Part shown: positions 1 to 10,745 of the stretch, piece after piece
Position numbering within the stretch: position 1 is the first letter of the stretch
Layout: the number at the start of each line of letters is the position of its first letter
DNA from: a virus
IMG/VR virus record: IMGVR_UViG_3300001533_002283
Span: 32,001 to 96,000 of that record
Length of the DNA: 64,000 bases
Direction: 5' to 3' (one strand)
Notes under the pieces: generated by a model
What the model was told of the DNA's origin: nothing
What the model saw: the letters and a program-made list of their open reading frames with translations, nothing else
Databases searched by the model: none
Translations under genes and position numbers: made by a program

Positions 1-205
1 AACGCTAAATTTATTTTTACCGAATAAACGATAAGAGTTTTCTTTATCTGGAATAGGAATACTTTTAAAAACCTTCTCTTTATTCAACTCCCATTCTTTC
101 GTTTCCCCATCAAACCATAAATAATAACCCTCTCCTTCCAACCAATTAAGTTTATCACCAAGGGAGTTTAAATAATTTTGTTGCACGGGTGTTATAATTT
201 AAAAT

Positions 206-478
206 TCACGCCGCCTCAGACTCAATCCGTGCGCCCTTACCCTTGAAAAAGTTAAAGCAGTCTCGCGCCTCTACCTCACTATAGAAATAACTAGGGCGGT
301 TGATAAGATCATAGCGTTTTGCCCCACCGACTTTACCCCCGAATAAGTCTCCCACCTTGACAGAGAACTTCATCCGGTTGTTAAAACTCAAATTTACATC
401 AAAGTCTTTCGAGTCAAACTCGGCAAAGATATCCTTGTGGGACTTAACATGGGGCTTGGACCTAATGAATGTTTTCAT
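206..478 (-). CDS. hypothetical phage protein
   Basis: 90-aa ORF on the coding strand, downstream of promoter 540-568. Confidence 0.6.
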   Translation of the reverse strand: MKTFIRSKPHVKSHKDIFAEFDSKDFDVNLSFNNRMKFSVKVGDLFGGKVGGAKRYDLINRPSYFYSEVEARDCFNFFKGKGARIESEAA

Positions 479-539
479 ATTTTATAGAGCTAAAAGAATA
501 GGAGTGAAGACTAGTATAATGATTAGGATTTCGGGCATC

Positions 540-568
540 AGATTAGGCACAAAGGTCTCTCATGTCAA
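540..568 (-). promoter_or_regulatory. sigma70-like early promoter
   Basis: TTGACA-17-TAATCT on minus strand. Confidence 0.7.
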
Positions 569-792
569 TCTCTTTTGCGTGCTCCCGATCAATTTTTTCC
601 TTCTTTTTTACCTTAAACTTAATAGTCGGCGGGGCGATTGGTTTGCGAGTTTTAAGTTGGCCAAGTTTCTTTTTTAACTTTTCGGTTTTCATGGGGGTTA
701 TTGTAGATATGAGATTAATTTAGATAGGAGAATAGAACCAATGACTATGAGCGAAACTAATAAGAATGTAATTCTGAATTCCATAGGTTTTT

Positions 793-820
793 ACACTACC
801 AGTTAATCTTCGAAACTCAA
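793..820 (-). promoter_or_regulatory. sigma70-like early promoter
   Basis: AAAAATTTCC-TTGAGT-16-TAGTGT. Confidence 0.55.
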
Positions 821-976
821 GGAAATTTTTCCAGTGGTTTTATCGAAGATTTTACAAACGACCAGTTCACCGTCAAACGGCCCATGTGTTCTCGTTTCGG
901 GCGGAACTGTATCAAGAAACTCGATTAAATCGCCGACCGTTTGGAAATTTTGTTGGGAAAGGATAGTGTGGGACAT
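803..976 (-). CDS. small hypothetical protein (57 aa, not in ORF track)
   Basis: MSHTILSQQNFQTVGDLIEFLD...SFED*; start lies in the ATAACACTTATG motif. Confidence 0.6.
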   Translation of the reverse strand: MSHTILSQQNFQTVGDLIEFLDTVPPETRTHGPFDGELVVCKIFDKTTGKISLSFED

Positions 977-1550
977 AAGTGTTATTCTTGGTTTTTAACG
1001 AAACTTTCTCCGAATAATTCTAAAGATGCGTATTCCCTTGAATCACTTGAGCTAAGTCCCGCGTTTATTCCTGCGAGCCAGAGTTCATAGAACTTAATTT
1101 TTATAATTGGGTCAATCATTTGGAAAGTCCAGATAAGTATGGTAAGCAATTCCAACCTCGTCATCCTGCACGCATTCCATAAGAATTGCAACAGAAAAAC
1201 CATAAAGTTCTAACAACATATCACTCAACTTCCCGCCCTTCCCCTTAAATTCTTCATAATCCTTTCGAGTTATAAAAAATACAAACTGGTGGCGTGTGGT
1301 GCCCTCAATCGGGAAAAAGGCGGGAGGCGAGGGAGATTTTTTCAAGGGAGTTAAACCTTAATTACTTGGAACCCTTTAGATTGGAGTAGTCCCCGATCCG
1401 ATTCGTTTTTAGCACCAAGTAGCTTCCAAGTCTTATTTGACGTAGGCGCGGAAATGTCTAGGCGCGTGTCGTTATGTTTTGCGGTCCAGTGGGTAGTTTT
1501 ATTCATAGGTGTTATATTTGTTTTTTTTCTGACAAAATTTGTGTTAAAAC

Positions 1551-2666
1551 TTAAACTTGATACCAATCATTATACTGGCGGAAGAACTTGCGGGATTTTC
1601 CATCACCTTTTTTAACCAGACCCGCGCTCAAAGATTGTAGGTCCGCGCCTTGTTTGTGGAGTTCATACGCGCGGTTACTTCCAACTTTAACTCCATTGGT
1701 GGGAATAACGCCCGTTTCTTTCGCAACCTGCCAGTTTTTATATTGACGGAAGAAAGAACGGGGCTTTTTATCCAAAGTATTAACAATAACCACTTTACCA
1801 AAAGAATCTTCGCCCTGTAGAGAAATTTCGCCCTTACGGTGAATTTCATAAGCGCGGTTTGCGCCCATAATGGTAGAGTCTTGAATGTTTTTTGTAACAC
1901 TATTACCCTTAACATGATTCGAGGTAAAATCCTCAACATTTTCTGCTTCTCCGGCAATTCCTACCACTTTATATTCGCAAACCCGCATTTTAGCACAGTT
2001 TGCATCGTTAGGAATGCTAATTACATTTTGTGGATTTACTTTAACGAGAATAATCACGGAACCACTTCCCCCAAAAGAACTTACATAAGTGAACGCGCCA
2101 ACATGCAATCCGAAGTGGCAGGCGCAATTTGCATCATCGCTTACCTTATTGCGCGGAACTTTAACAATCTTTCCAACACTATTGTCAATGGTTTGGGTAT
2201 GATGATCCAAAAACCTATCTGTTACTGACTTAAAGGCGAGAAAATCTCCGTCCTCGTTAATTGCCAAGTTATAACGTTCCAAGTAGCCGAAAAGTTGTTC
2301 GCGGCTTCGTTCGGAAGGATTCAACATAAGTTTATCCAAAAATTTTACAAGATGTTCAAAAGGATAATCTTGCGAGATAAATTCAAAAACTCTTTTTGTC
2401 ACACTATTATGAACTGGCTTTCCGTCATAATGAATTTCATTCTCAAATACCTTTACCTTGCCCACTCCATATTTTTCGATGGTCTTGGCCGCGTTAAGAG
2501 CAGATTCTAGTTGTGTCCAAGCACCCTTGGAGATTACCTTGCGCAAGTTATGAAAACGGGCATCGCCCTGATAAATAGTGTAAGGCTTCCCATTGTGAGT
2601 TACCACGATGAAATCTTCCCCAAGAATGTAGTGAGGGGTGAGTTTGGATTTAAGTTTAGTTGGCAT
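1551..2666 (-). CDS. rIIB: rIIB-like lysis inhibition/anti-exclusion protein
   Basis: LMLNPSERSREQLFGYL, DGDFLAFKSV, CHFGLHVG, VKVNPQNVISIPND..KMRVCEYKVV motifs; directly downstream of rIIA. Confidence 0.9.
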   Translation of the reverse strand: MPTKLKSKLTPHYILGEDFIVVTHNGKPYTIYQGDARFHNLRKVISKGAWTQLESALNAAKTIEKYGVGKVKVFENEIHYDGKPVHNSVTKRVFEFISQDYPFEHLVKFLDKLMLNPSERSREQLFGYLERYNLAINEDGDFLAFKSVTDRFLDHHTQTIDNSVGKIVKVPRNKVSDDANCACHFGLHVGAFTYVSSFGGSGSVIILVKVNPQNVISIPNDANCAKMRVCEYKVVGIAGEAENVEDFTSNHVKGNSVTKNIQDSTIMGANRAYEIHRKGEISLQGEDSFGKVVIVNTLDKKPRSFFRQYKNWQVAKETGVIPTNGVKVGSNRAYELHKQGADLQSLSAGLVKKGDGKSRKFFRQYNDWYQV

Positions 2667-2691
2667 GGTGTTAGGTTTTATGACTGTGTTA

Positions 2692-2720
2692 AGGTTATGC
2701 GGTTACGGGCGAAACTTCAA
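2692..2720 (-). promoter_or_regulatory. sigma70-like promoter for rIIB, inside the rIIA 3' end
   Basis: AAAAATTCTC-TTGAAG-17-TAACCT. Confidence 0.6.
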
Positions 2721-4875
2721 GAGAATTTTTAGAATTTTTCTCATCAATTAGGGTAATATATTCAAGATAGTGTTGAATCATATTTGTATATTCCCAGCGG
2801 TAATAATTTACATCGGCAAAAATAGGATAGGATTTCATAAATTCTTTGGCCAAAGCATTTAAATTGTTAGTTAATTTTTGTATTTCTCTGCTTTTTGTTG
2901 TAACTTGAAACTCACTTGCCAAGTCCTCAAAAGGATCGGTTAGTGATTTTGAGAAGTCAATTTGGTCTAAAATATGGGATAGTTTTTCAGATGGGACGAA
3001 TTTACCCTTATTGACCTGATTGTAAATAGCCGTGAGTGGGTAACTAATACAACTACTACTATCCAATTCATTAATACTAACTTTTTCCGGCGCGGGTTTG
3101 TCATAATGTGTGGTGAGTAAACCGAGTAAGACTTCCCCGATGCGTTTAAAATTAGGGGTAATCTTATCCTTATTTTTGACTGGAACGATATAAATAACGG
3201 GGTTATCCGCATAGTCCGGCGCGACGTGTTTTAGGAATTTATGAATGTTTGATAAGGAGCAATTAACATCTTTGAATCCTGCATCATAATAATACTTGTT
3301 ATAGTGGGAGAAAATATAATAAGCGTTTTCTACCTTGGAAAAATCTAGGTCGAGAGTTAAAATTGGCTCGCCGTCATGTTCGTCTACAATTTCATCATCT
3401 ACTTCCCCATACTCATCATCTAAATCATAGATTTTACAATTACCAGATGCGGGATTCCGCTTGGTTTTATCCCGAACTTTCTTGGGGAGAACGATTGCCT
3501 CGTTAATATTTTGAAACACTCCGAAATCAATTCCGGTTTTCTCGCAATATTTCTTTAGAGTGTCAAGACTCCCTATCTGCACGACATAAATCATTTGATA
3601 CTCCCCAAGATTTCCCTCGTTGAAGTAATAACGGCAAAGATTCTTCACTCGGCCATTTTTACTCCGCTTTAAGTCATAAAACAAACAGCGTTTCTCAGCC
3701 TTTTCCGCCTTAAAATAATGAAAAAATTGAGTTTCGTCAAGGCGAACGCGCAGATTATAAGATCGGTCACGCTTGCGGGAGACTTCTAAAAGAGTAATGT
3801 TATCCTCCTTTTGAATTCGAAAAAAGTCTTCTACAATGGGAGCGCCGTTCACCACAATCTTAATATCCTTTTTTACTAAATCGGCAATAACACTCAACTC
3901 CCCCAAATCAGTAAAGATGTTACGAAAGAATCGCCGACCATCACACTCGGTTTTAAGAGAATCCAATTTTACTTTAACCTCATCAATAATCTCCTTTTCA
4001 ATCTCACGGATTTTATTTTGAAGAAATTTAATGGTTTTAGGGGTGTAAGAAATAGACTCGCGGGAAGCTTGCAAAGTAACATCGCCAATCCCTACAAAAA
4101 TTACCATACCCTTTTTAAGTAGGTTACGTTGAATGTCGGTTAAATCGGGAATTTGGGTTTGATCTAGGGAATAAGCGATTGGGCCAGAAACAACAGAGGT
4201 AGAACCGTCTTTGGTAAAACCCCAGCGGTTTGGCTTCAAAAGATGATATTCCACCACTTCTTTTTCGTAATCTTCGCAATTATGAATAATGGGGTAGGTT
4301 GGCCAAAAACGAAATACTTTTTGACAGGCAATTTTAAAACTTTCAATATCAGCGGGCTTTACACCAAAAGAAACTTCCGTGCCTGTTTTTTCATCAGTTT
4401 CGCCCTCGAAAATCAAATCAATTTGGTCAATGTTTTGTTCGTTGACGTAAATTGTGTAGATTCGCTTATAACCATTTTGAATACAGGTGAGTTGAAACGC
4501 GGGAGCAATACAAAGAGGGGATAATTTCCCAATGCCAAACCCGCCGACAGCTTGATTGGAAGTTCGTTTTGTGGATTTGCCGTAATAAGAATAAATATCA
4601 CGAACAATTTCATCACTCATACTCTTTCCATAATCACGAACCTTAAATACGGGTTCAAAAAGTGATGGAAGAGTGACTTCAATAGGAGTTTCTGAAATTC
4701 CCGCTTCGGTGTGCGCGTCCAAACTATTGCAGCAACATTCGCGGCATGCAGCCTCGGCTTTACGCGAATAAAGAGAGTTGCGCAAAATAGATAATACACT
4801 CACATCCACTTTAAATTCGTGATGGGTAAAATCGTCAGAGCGGATAATACGTTTTTCTTCGTTATTGATAATCAT
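2695..4875 (-). CDS. rIIA: rIIA-like protein with N-terminal GHKL/HATPase domain
   Basis: LYS..RE..CNSLDAH, VRDYG.SMS, YGKSTK..SN..GGFGIGK, SRESISY; adjacent to rIIB. Confidence 0.9.
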   Translation of the reverse strand: MIINNEEKRIIRSDDFTHHEFKVDVSVLSILRNSLYSRKAEAACRECCCNSLDAHTEAGISETPIEVTLPSLFEPVFKVRDYGKSMSDEIVRDIYSYYGKSTKRTSNQAVGGFGIGKLSPLCIAPAFQLTCIQNGYKRIYTIYVNEQNIDQIDLIFEGETDEKTGTEVSFGVKPADIESFKIACQKVFRFWPTYPIIHNCEDYEKEVVEYHLLKPNRWGFTKDGSTSVVSGPIAYSLDQTQIPDLTDIQRNLLKKGMVIFVGIGDVTLQASRESISYTPKTIKFLQNKIREIEKEIIDEVKVKLDSLKTECDGRRFFRNIFTDLGELSVIADLVKKDIKIVVNGAPIVEDFFRIQKEDNITLLEVSRKRDRSYNLRVRLDETQFFHYFKAEKAEKRCLFYDLKRSKNGRVKNLCRYYFNEGNLGEYQMIYVVQIGSLDTLKKYCEKTGIDFGVFQNINEAIVLPKKVRDKTKRNPASGNCKIYDLDDEYGEVDDEIVDEHDGEPILTLDLDFSKVENAYYIFSHYNKYYYDAGFKDVNCSLSNIHKFLKHVAPDYADNPVIYIVPVKNKDKITPNFKRIGEVLLGLLTTHYDKPAPEKVSINELDSSSCISYPLTAIYNQVNKGKFVPSEKLSHILDQIDFSKSLTDPFEDLASEFQVTTKSREIQKLTNNLNALAKEFMKSYPIFADVNYYRWEYTNMIQHYLEYITLIDEKNSKNSLEVSPVTA

Positions 4876-4896
4876 TGGGTGGTTAGTTCGAGATAG

Positions 4897-4924
4897 AAGA
4901 TAGCATTCGGAGGGAGGAAATCAA
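4897..4924 (-). promoter_or_regulatory. sigma70-like promoter for rIIA
   Basis: AAAAATCTTC-TTGATT-16-TATCTT; the -35 contains the TGA stop of the upstream YopX gene. Confidence 0.65.
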
Positions 4925-5271
4925 GAAGATTTTTCAAAAATATTACCAACTACCTCAATTTTATAAAAATCAAAGGTATATGGCTCTAAGCAAGATTTTA
5001 GCATGTCTCCAATACGAAAACACCCACGAAAAAACTCTACAGGATGAAAAACGTGCGCCCCATTTCCTAAATTTATCTTCACAACGTCCCCCTCATAAAT
5101 CTCTTTCCCATTTTTGTCAAGGAGACCGGTGAATTGTTGTGGAATTAATCTTTGTTTGAACCCAGCCAAAGCAAAAAACGCCCCTAAATCTGTCATATCT
5201 TGAGGGCAATGAAACATCTTTTCTGTTTCATTCCAAAACCTAAATTTAATTTCTCGATTAATTTTATTCAT
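4921..5271 (-). CDS. YopX family protein
   Basis: REIKFRFW, QQFTGLLDKNGKEIYEGD, EVVGNIFE. Confidence 0.9.
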   Translation of the reverse strand: MNKINREIKFRFWNETEKMFHCPQDMTDLGAFFALAGFKQRLIPQQFTGLLDKNGKEIYEGDVVKINLGNGAHVFHPVEFFRGCFRIGDMLKSCLEPYTFDFYKIEVVGNIFEKSS

Positions 5272-5285
5272 AAAGTGTTATTTCC

Positions 5286-5762
5286 CTATTCTTTTTCCGC
5301 ACAAATACTTCCCTGCCTATACTCCGCATTAGGATAATATCCACCCTCATATTCAAGTAAATTCTTATATTCCACTTTTTCCTTTAAAAACTTTTCAACC
5401 CGCTCCTCCGCCAAAACTTCCACCTTTTCTTCCTCCCACACCACATCCTCCCCATCCACACTCTTAATATACTTTTTCTCTACCTCTCCGCTCATCTTCA
5501 CCTCATTTTTAAAAAACTCTCGCAACCCTTTCCTTAGTCGGTCAGGGGGCGTCAAAACATAAAAGGAAGTATCTCCATAAGAGTGAACTTTACCTGTTTG
5601 TAAAATCCCATAGTTTATACACAAGTTAATACAACGATTTTTAAAATCTTCATCACCTTGAAAGAAAAAGCCGATGTAGCCATTGCCGGAAATTGAGATT
5701 GTAAAGGTGCCGGTTTCGGCGAGAAGAGAGGGGGGAGGGGTTGAAATAAAATTTGGCGACAT
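5286..5762 (-). CDS. hypothetical protein
   Basis: 158-aa ORF on the coding strand. Confidence 0.6.
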   Translation of the reverse strand: MSPNFISTPPPSLLAETGTFTISISGNGYIGFFFQGDEDFKNRCINLCINYGILQTGKVHSYGDTSFYVLTPPDRLRKGLREFFKNEVKMSGEVEKKYIKSVDGEDVVWEEEKVEVLAEERVEKFLKEKVEYKNLLEYEGGYYPNAEYRQGSICAEKE

Positions 5763-6360
5763 AAAAAGCTGTTAGAAATTAAGAGTGAGTAAGCGAGCTG
5801 TGAAAATGATTAAAGAAAGGAGAACGATAGATAAAGATATACCTATAGCAGCGTCCTTATCTTTTACGGACGAACCTATTAATATCCCAAGAAAAAGGAT
5901 GAAAATATAAAAGTTGATATAGTCAAAGATTTGCATTAGATTGAAATGATAGATTTGATGTTAGACTTAGAGAGGACGCCCGAGTATTTCACTTCGTAGG
6001 TAGCGTTTTCCACGCGCGGTAAATCAGAAAGGTTACGCTCATTCAGTTCTTTGCCACTTAAAAAAGTGGTTTTCCAGTAGTTTTTACCGCTAACTCGGAC
6101 GTTTAAATTAGGTTTATTCATAGTTTTATTTTATTTGCGCAAGAAACTATTAATTTTATTGTTCAACTCTTGGGACTCTTCATTTGTGATGTTTAATGAT
6201 GCGGTCAATGATGAACCACTTTCATACTCCTGTCCAGAATAAAAGAAATAAATATCGGTGTTGTTCCCCTTTTGTTGTAAAGTTCCTTGTAAGAATTCCC
6301 CGCGAAAGTTAAAGCCAAAAGAGCGGGGGAGGGTTCTAGAGTGAGAAAATGATTCGCTCA

Positions 6361-6702
6361 TTACTTCTTTTGTGCCGCAAGATTTCGATAAAGACGGTGG
6401 AGAGCCTTGGAAAGGCCAACGCGCTTTTCGAAGGGGTCATTAACTGAGCATTCTGCGATTGCGACGCTCACTGGTTGAATCTCGGGGTTGTTTCTAACAT
6501 TAATTGCATCTTCCTTAGTTTTATAGGCCAAAACGGCAGTTCGCGCACGAAGGGGCTTGCCGTAAGCGGAAAAACCCGGATTCTTTTTGTCAAATTGGGT
6601 GTGGTGAACCTCTAGAAAAACTCCAAATTTTTGATTAATGAGAGATTCAAGATAAAGATGGATGTTTTTCTTGGCGGGCTTGTTGTTTGTGATGTTTTTC
6701 AT
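6361..6702 (-). CDS. conserved phage hypothetical protein
   Basis: C-terminal AECS..DPFEKRVGLSKAL.R pattern, common in phage small proteins. Confidence 0.55.
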   Translation of the reverse strand: MKNITNNKPAKKNIHLYLESLINQKFGVFLEVHHTQFDKKNPGFSAYGKPLRARTAVLAYKTKEDAINVRNNPEIQPVSVAIAECSVNDPFEKRVGLSKALHRLYRNLAAQKK

Positions 6703-6723
6703 GGTGTTTTATTTACAATTGCT

Positions 6724-6751
6724 AACTTAACAAATTTTTGACTAAAATCAA
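6724..6751 (-). promoter_or_regulatory. sigma70-like early promoter
   Basis: AAAATCTC-TTGATT-16-TAAGTT; -35 overlaps the upstream TGA stop. Confidence 0.55.
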
Positions 6752-7511
6752 GAGATTTTAATAATATTTTTTGGAACTTGAAAAGATGAGTAATTATTGT
6801 GAATTAAAAGATAATCTTCAAACATATCAGGGGTGATTGCCATGTTGGGTAGCTCGTCACCCCGTTTATATTGAAATTGTTTTATTTTCTGGGATTTGCC
6901 ATCCCAAAAGGCGACACTTGCTAAAAAACCTTCAACAAAAACTATTTTCACTTCAATAACTTTGAACAAAGATAGGGCCGGAGGGGTCTTCATAGTCCGC
7001 CCAAAGTTCGCCACCATACTTTTGCAAGTTACTGATAGCCTGTTGAAGAGACTTGGTAGGGAGAAGGGCGTCAAGCGCGCAATTATAACTAGTGTAAATT
7101 GGTTCTTGATAACCGTCATCGTGAGTGAAAATTTGCTTAACAGTCCAACGAATCGGACGATGTTCAAATTTATTCATTTTGTGAATTGGATTGAACGAGG
7201 TGAAGGAATTGCGGCGGGAGTTGCCAGCGTTGGTGTTGTTTTTAGACATGGTGTATTATAATTTGATTTTGATTTAATCTTGCTTTAGTTTAACTTGCTA
7301 ACAAAAAATTCAACTTCCTCTGGATATTTATCCCCGTCCCAAATTCCAATTCCATGAACGGGGCGTTTGGCATCGCCACTTTGAGAATAAACCAGTTGGG
7401 TTTTCGGAGCGCGTTTAAAAGATTTGAGAAAGTCAGCATTGAGCCGCGCAATGTCGGTGAATGCTAACGTGTGTTCGGTGTAGGTTTTAAGTGTTGTGGA
7501 CATATTGTGTT

Positions 7512-8012
7512 TTATTCAGTTTTTTCAATCAAAAAATATTCTTTGTCACTGTAAGCGGCAATTAGCTTACCGGTATTCACACAACGTTTAATAGTTGCCT
7601 TGTTTTTTCTCGCTCGCAAATTCTCTATCTCTAGTTCCATTTTGCGGAATCGGTCAAGGTAGTTTGCGCAAGTGGTTTTATAGGTAGTCAGTTGTTCCGC
7701 CTGCCACTCATTCCGCTCGATTAAATCCCCGATGGTGTCAGTGGGGGAAATTTCGTAAGAGTTGAGGATTTCCTGTGCTTTTTCCAACTCTTTTCCCACG
7801 GAATCCAGTTTCTTTTCCGCTTCTTCTTTTTCCTTTTCCGAATCTTTGAGAAACTTTTCAGCGTTTTCCAAGTCAGACTTAACCCGCTCTAATTCACTCT
7901 GGTCAGTGTTGAAAAAGATGTTTTCTCCCTCGATGGAAACGGACTCTACGTTAGTAAAAGTCCATTTGTTAGGATTCTTGGGAAGTTCGGCAAGAAGGTG
8001 GATGAGGCGCAT
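7512..8012 (-). CDS. coiled-coil hypothetical protein
   Basis: E/K-rich heptad segment; has its own promoter. Confidence 0.65.
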   Translation of the reverse strand: MRLIHLLAELPKNPNKWTFTNVESVSIEGENIFFNTDQSELERVKSDLENAEKFLKDSEKEKEEAEKKLDSVGKELEKAQEILNSYEISPTDTIGDLIERNEWQAEQLTTYKTTCANYLDRFRKMELEIENLRARKNKATIKRCVNTGKLIAAYSDKEYFLIEKTE

Positions 8013-8019
8013 GAGTGAG

Positions 8020-8047
8020 AGAGTAGGAAGATTGGTGAAAAAATCAA
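8020..8047 (-). promoter_or_regulatory. sigma70-like early promoter (very short leader)
   Basis: AAAATAAAC-TTGATT-16-TACTCT, 7 nt before ATG. Confidence 0.65.
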
Positions 8048-8081
8048 GTTTATTTTATAAAAAAAGTAAAGTTTGTAAAGT

Positions 8082-8654
8082 TTAACCGAAATATTTTTGA
8101 TAAAACTGATTAACAATTGGGCGGAGAGTTACAAGTGAAGGATCGGTGTGCCAAAAGATATGTTCGTCGGCTAATTTTGCAACTTCTGGCCCGTGGATTT
8201 TTTCCTCGTCGGTCGGTTCTGGCGCGCCTTCTCGATTAATATTAACAAATAACATACTCTCTCCATACATTTTCTTAAAATAATGATACTCGTTGAGATG
8301 CCTTAAATCTGTAAGAACATAAATAACATCATTGTTTGCCGTCATGGAATCATAAATGTCAATTTGTTCAAACGTTTCCTTACACCAAAAATTAATATCG
8401 ACCGAACGGGCAAGTCGGCCAGCCTCAATCAACAACGGACGAAACATTTCTTTTTCTTCCGGGGTGAGTTTTTCAGGCATTTTGCCAAAAACATTAAAAC
8501 AGAACCCGCTCATTTTAGATTTTAACGAGTCAGCAAGGGCCACTCTTTTAAAATTAGGATTAAGTTCTTTTAAGAGAGAAAAGAAAGTATCTTTACCTGT
8601 TTGTCTGCAAGTTCCTAAAGTCAAAAGTTTAATTTTATTTTTGTTGTTAATCAT
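8082..8654 (-). CDS. deoxynucleoside monophosphate kinase-like P-loop protein
   Basis: GTCRQTGKDT P-loop, ALADSLK, RPLLIEAG..AR, VLTDLRHLNE. Confidence 0.75.
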   Translation of the reverse strand: MINNKNKIKLLTLGTCRQTGKDTFFSLLKELNPNFKRVALADSLKSKMSGFCFNVFGKMPEKLTPEEKEMFRPLLIEAGRLARSVDINFWCKETFEQIDIYDSMTANNDVIYVLTDLRHLNEYHYFKKMYGESMLFVNINREGAPEPTDEEKIHGPEVAKLADEHIFWHTDPSLVTLRPIVNQFYQKYFG

Positions 8655-8666
8655 TTTTTTATAAAA

Positions 8667-9239
8667 TTACAGTTTCTTTAATTTAATTTTCCCATCTTTC
8701 ATCACCGCATAACTCCCCTGTTGTATCGCCCCAATGGACCAAATTTCAGTGTCAGTGTCAACAAAGTTTTTAACAAAAGGTGAATGATTATGACCGATTA
8801 CCACGGCGCGGATGTTATCAGTTGGATAAACGTCAACAAATTCCCGTTCAGTAATTTCCTTATCTGTGAAATCCCAAAAACTATCGGGGCGAGAGTGGTA
8901 GAGCATGAGAATTTCCCCATTGGGTAACACCACCTTGACCTGTTTTGGGTGACAAGCTAATTCCCAAGCAAAATCATAATCTATGTTAATTAAACTCTTG
9001 GCGGTTACGCTGTCGTGATTACTTTTTACAAATGTTACAAACTTATGTTTATTCTCCTTATACCACGCCTGCGTCTCCCTATTCTTATTAAATACGGGTG
9101 CGTCAAAACAAGTTAAATCCCCCAAATGAAACCATTCAGTAATTTCAGGGTGTTTAGATAAAACTTTATTTATTCTCTCGTTTTGATTGTGGGAATCGGA
9201 TATGAATCCAATATTTGGGCTTTTTGTGTGGTAAATCAT
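8667..9239 (-). CDS. calcineurin-like metallophosphoesterase (YfcE-like)
   Basis: ISDSH, HLGD, SNHD, YH, GHNH metal motifs. Confidence 0.85.
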   Translation of the reverse strand: MIYHTKSPNIGFISDSHNQNERINKVLSKHPEITEWFHLGDLTCFDAPVFNKNRETQAWYKENKHKFVTFVKSNHDSVTAKSLINIDYDFAWELACHPKQVKVVLPNGEILMLYHSRPDSFWDFTDKEITEREFVDVYPTDNIRAVVIGHNHSPFVKNFVDTDTEIWSIGAIQQGSYAVMKDGKIKLKKL

Positions 9240-9724
9240 TCGGAATACTCCGCCCCACGATCTTTCAATATAGATTTAATAATTCCCCGCGTTTCTTCTA
9301 CAATGTGAGATTGGGTGTCAAGAATCGCAATGAGATGACTTGTATCACATTCACACAAACATTTTGTTTTTCTCGGACCTTTACCGTCAATCCCATAGGT
9401 TCCCCAAAGGGTATATTTTTTAAATTCGGAGCTGTTTTTGTCAATCTGTTCTTCTTTTGGGATGATTTTAACATTCTTGGCCTCCTCGGGAGAAATCTTA
9501 CCAAGTTTATTTATTCTATAATTCCAGTCGTCGTAAGCTGCTCCATACGAATAAGGAAGTTCAATAACGATAGGGGTTAAGCCAGAATAGCGAAAGTAAG
9601 GGGATAACTGGCCCCCATCCATGAAATTACCTTCGCTATCTGTGATAAAATCATGTTGAGCGCGGGAGTAAATAATCTCTCCCGTCTTTTTATTTAATCC
9701 GGCGATATATTGATAATTTTTCAT
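9236..9724 (-). CDS. conserved phage hypothetical protein
   Basis: YSRAQHDF..DGG..Y.RY and WGTYG.DG..HLIAIL patterns; start moved to ATG 9724. Confidence 0.65.
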   Translation of the reverse strand: MKNYQYIAGLNKKTGEIIYSRAQHDFITDSEGNFMDGGQLSPYFRYSGLTPIVIELPYSYGAAYDDWNYRINKLGKISPEEAKNVKIIPKEEQIDKNSSEFKKYTLWGTYGIDGKGPRKTKCLCECDTSHLIAILDTQSHIVEETRGIIKSILKDRGAEYSE

Positions 9725-9728
9725 TAAC

Positions 9729-10181
9729 TTAACTAAAATCAAATTCCGCCTTCTCCGCCACAACAATTCTCACGGGCTGTTTGCTAACATTCTTAACCCC
9801 CGCGCCTTCGACCTTGTGATTCTTAGACTTGATAAAGCCGAAGTAGTCGGCAATGGTGTGAATCTTGCCTCGTTTTCGCACACTCCGGTTCTGCTCCAAC
9901 GCCCCAACCTTCATCCGCTCAAGAACTGTCCCTTGGTCAACTTCCTCCGCAGTTTTTGCAATAAACGCCTCAGTATTCTCCAGCGTATCCTTAATCGCGG
10001 GATTATCCGAACGAACAATGATGGTGTAGTTATATTTGGATTTCTTGCCCGCAGGCTCCTTTTCCGCTTTCTTATCTTCTTCTAGTGCCCGCGCTTCTTT
10101 AAGAATAGTGGAGCGAAGATTGTTATCTTTAACTCCCGCTTGCAGGAGAACGTCGTTCAGTTCATCAATTGTAAGGCTCAT
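9729..10181 (-). CDS. hypothetical protein
   Basis: 150-aa ORF on the coding strand. Confidence 0.65.
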   Translation of the reverse strand: MSLTIDELNDVLLQAGVKDNNLRSTILKEARALEEDKKAEKEPAGKKSKYNYTIIVRSDNPAIKDTLENTEAFIAKTAEEVDQGTVLERMKVGALEQNRSVRKRGKIHTIADYFGFIKSKNHKVEGAGVKNVSKQPVRIVVAEKAEFDFS

Positions 10182-10716
10182 AGTATTATATGTTGTTTTG
10201 TTTTTGTTTAATTTTTCTATCTAAATTCACTTTTTCAACTCAAGACGAAGAGTTTTGAGAGAAATATCGCCGTAAAGATAAGTCAAGATTGATTCGACGT
10301 TAAAATCCGTGAGTGATTCTTTTCCAAGAATTTCCTCCGCATCCCGCGCAATCCAATCAAGAGCCTTTAGAGCGTCCTGAAACTCGGTTTTTAATTCTAC
10401 CAATTGTTTATTTTGTTCTTTGATACTCATAAGTGTTATGCCGAAATTAGTTGTCGAACCGGTTTAGAACTTCCCTCAGATCATAAATCATTTCCTTTGG
10501 AACGGCGATTACATTCTTGTCGTCTCCCGTGGAAATTTTAAGCCAATCGGAGTTATCAGGATGATCTTCAATTATAAGTTTGGTATAAACACTCTCATGC
10601 GCTTCTCCGCAAGTTAAAACTGTTTTGTTAGATTTGATGATTTTGGTCATAATTTTTTACAAATTGGGCGAATTGAAGGGGGAGGATGACGTTGGAGGGG
10701 ACGGAATAGTTGGTCT

Positions 10717-10745
10717 AGAGTGGGATCTTAATGGGATCGAGTCAA
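10717..10745 (-). promoter_or_regulatory. sigma70-like early promoter
   Basis: ATAAAAAC-TTGACT-17-CACTCT. Confidence 0.55.

Noticed and set aside
6748-7249. Frameshifted single gene from overlapping ORFs 6748-7167 and 6953-7249
   Set aside because: Explained by two adjacent genes, with a GTG start at 6951 just after the TGA at 6953.
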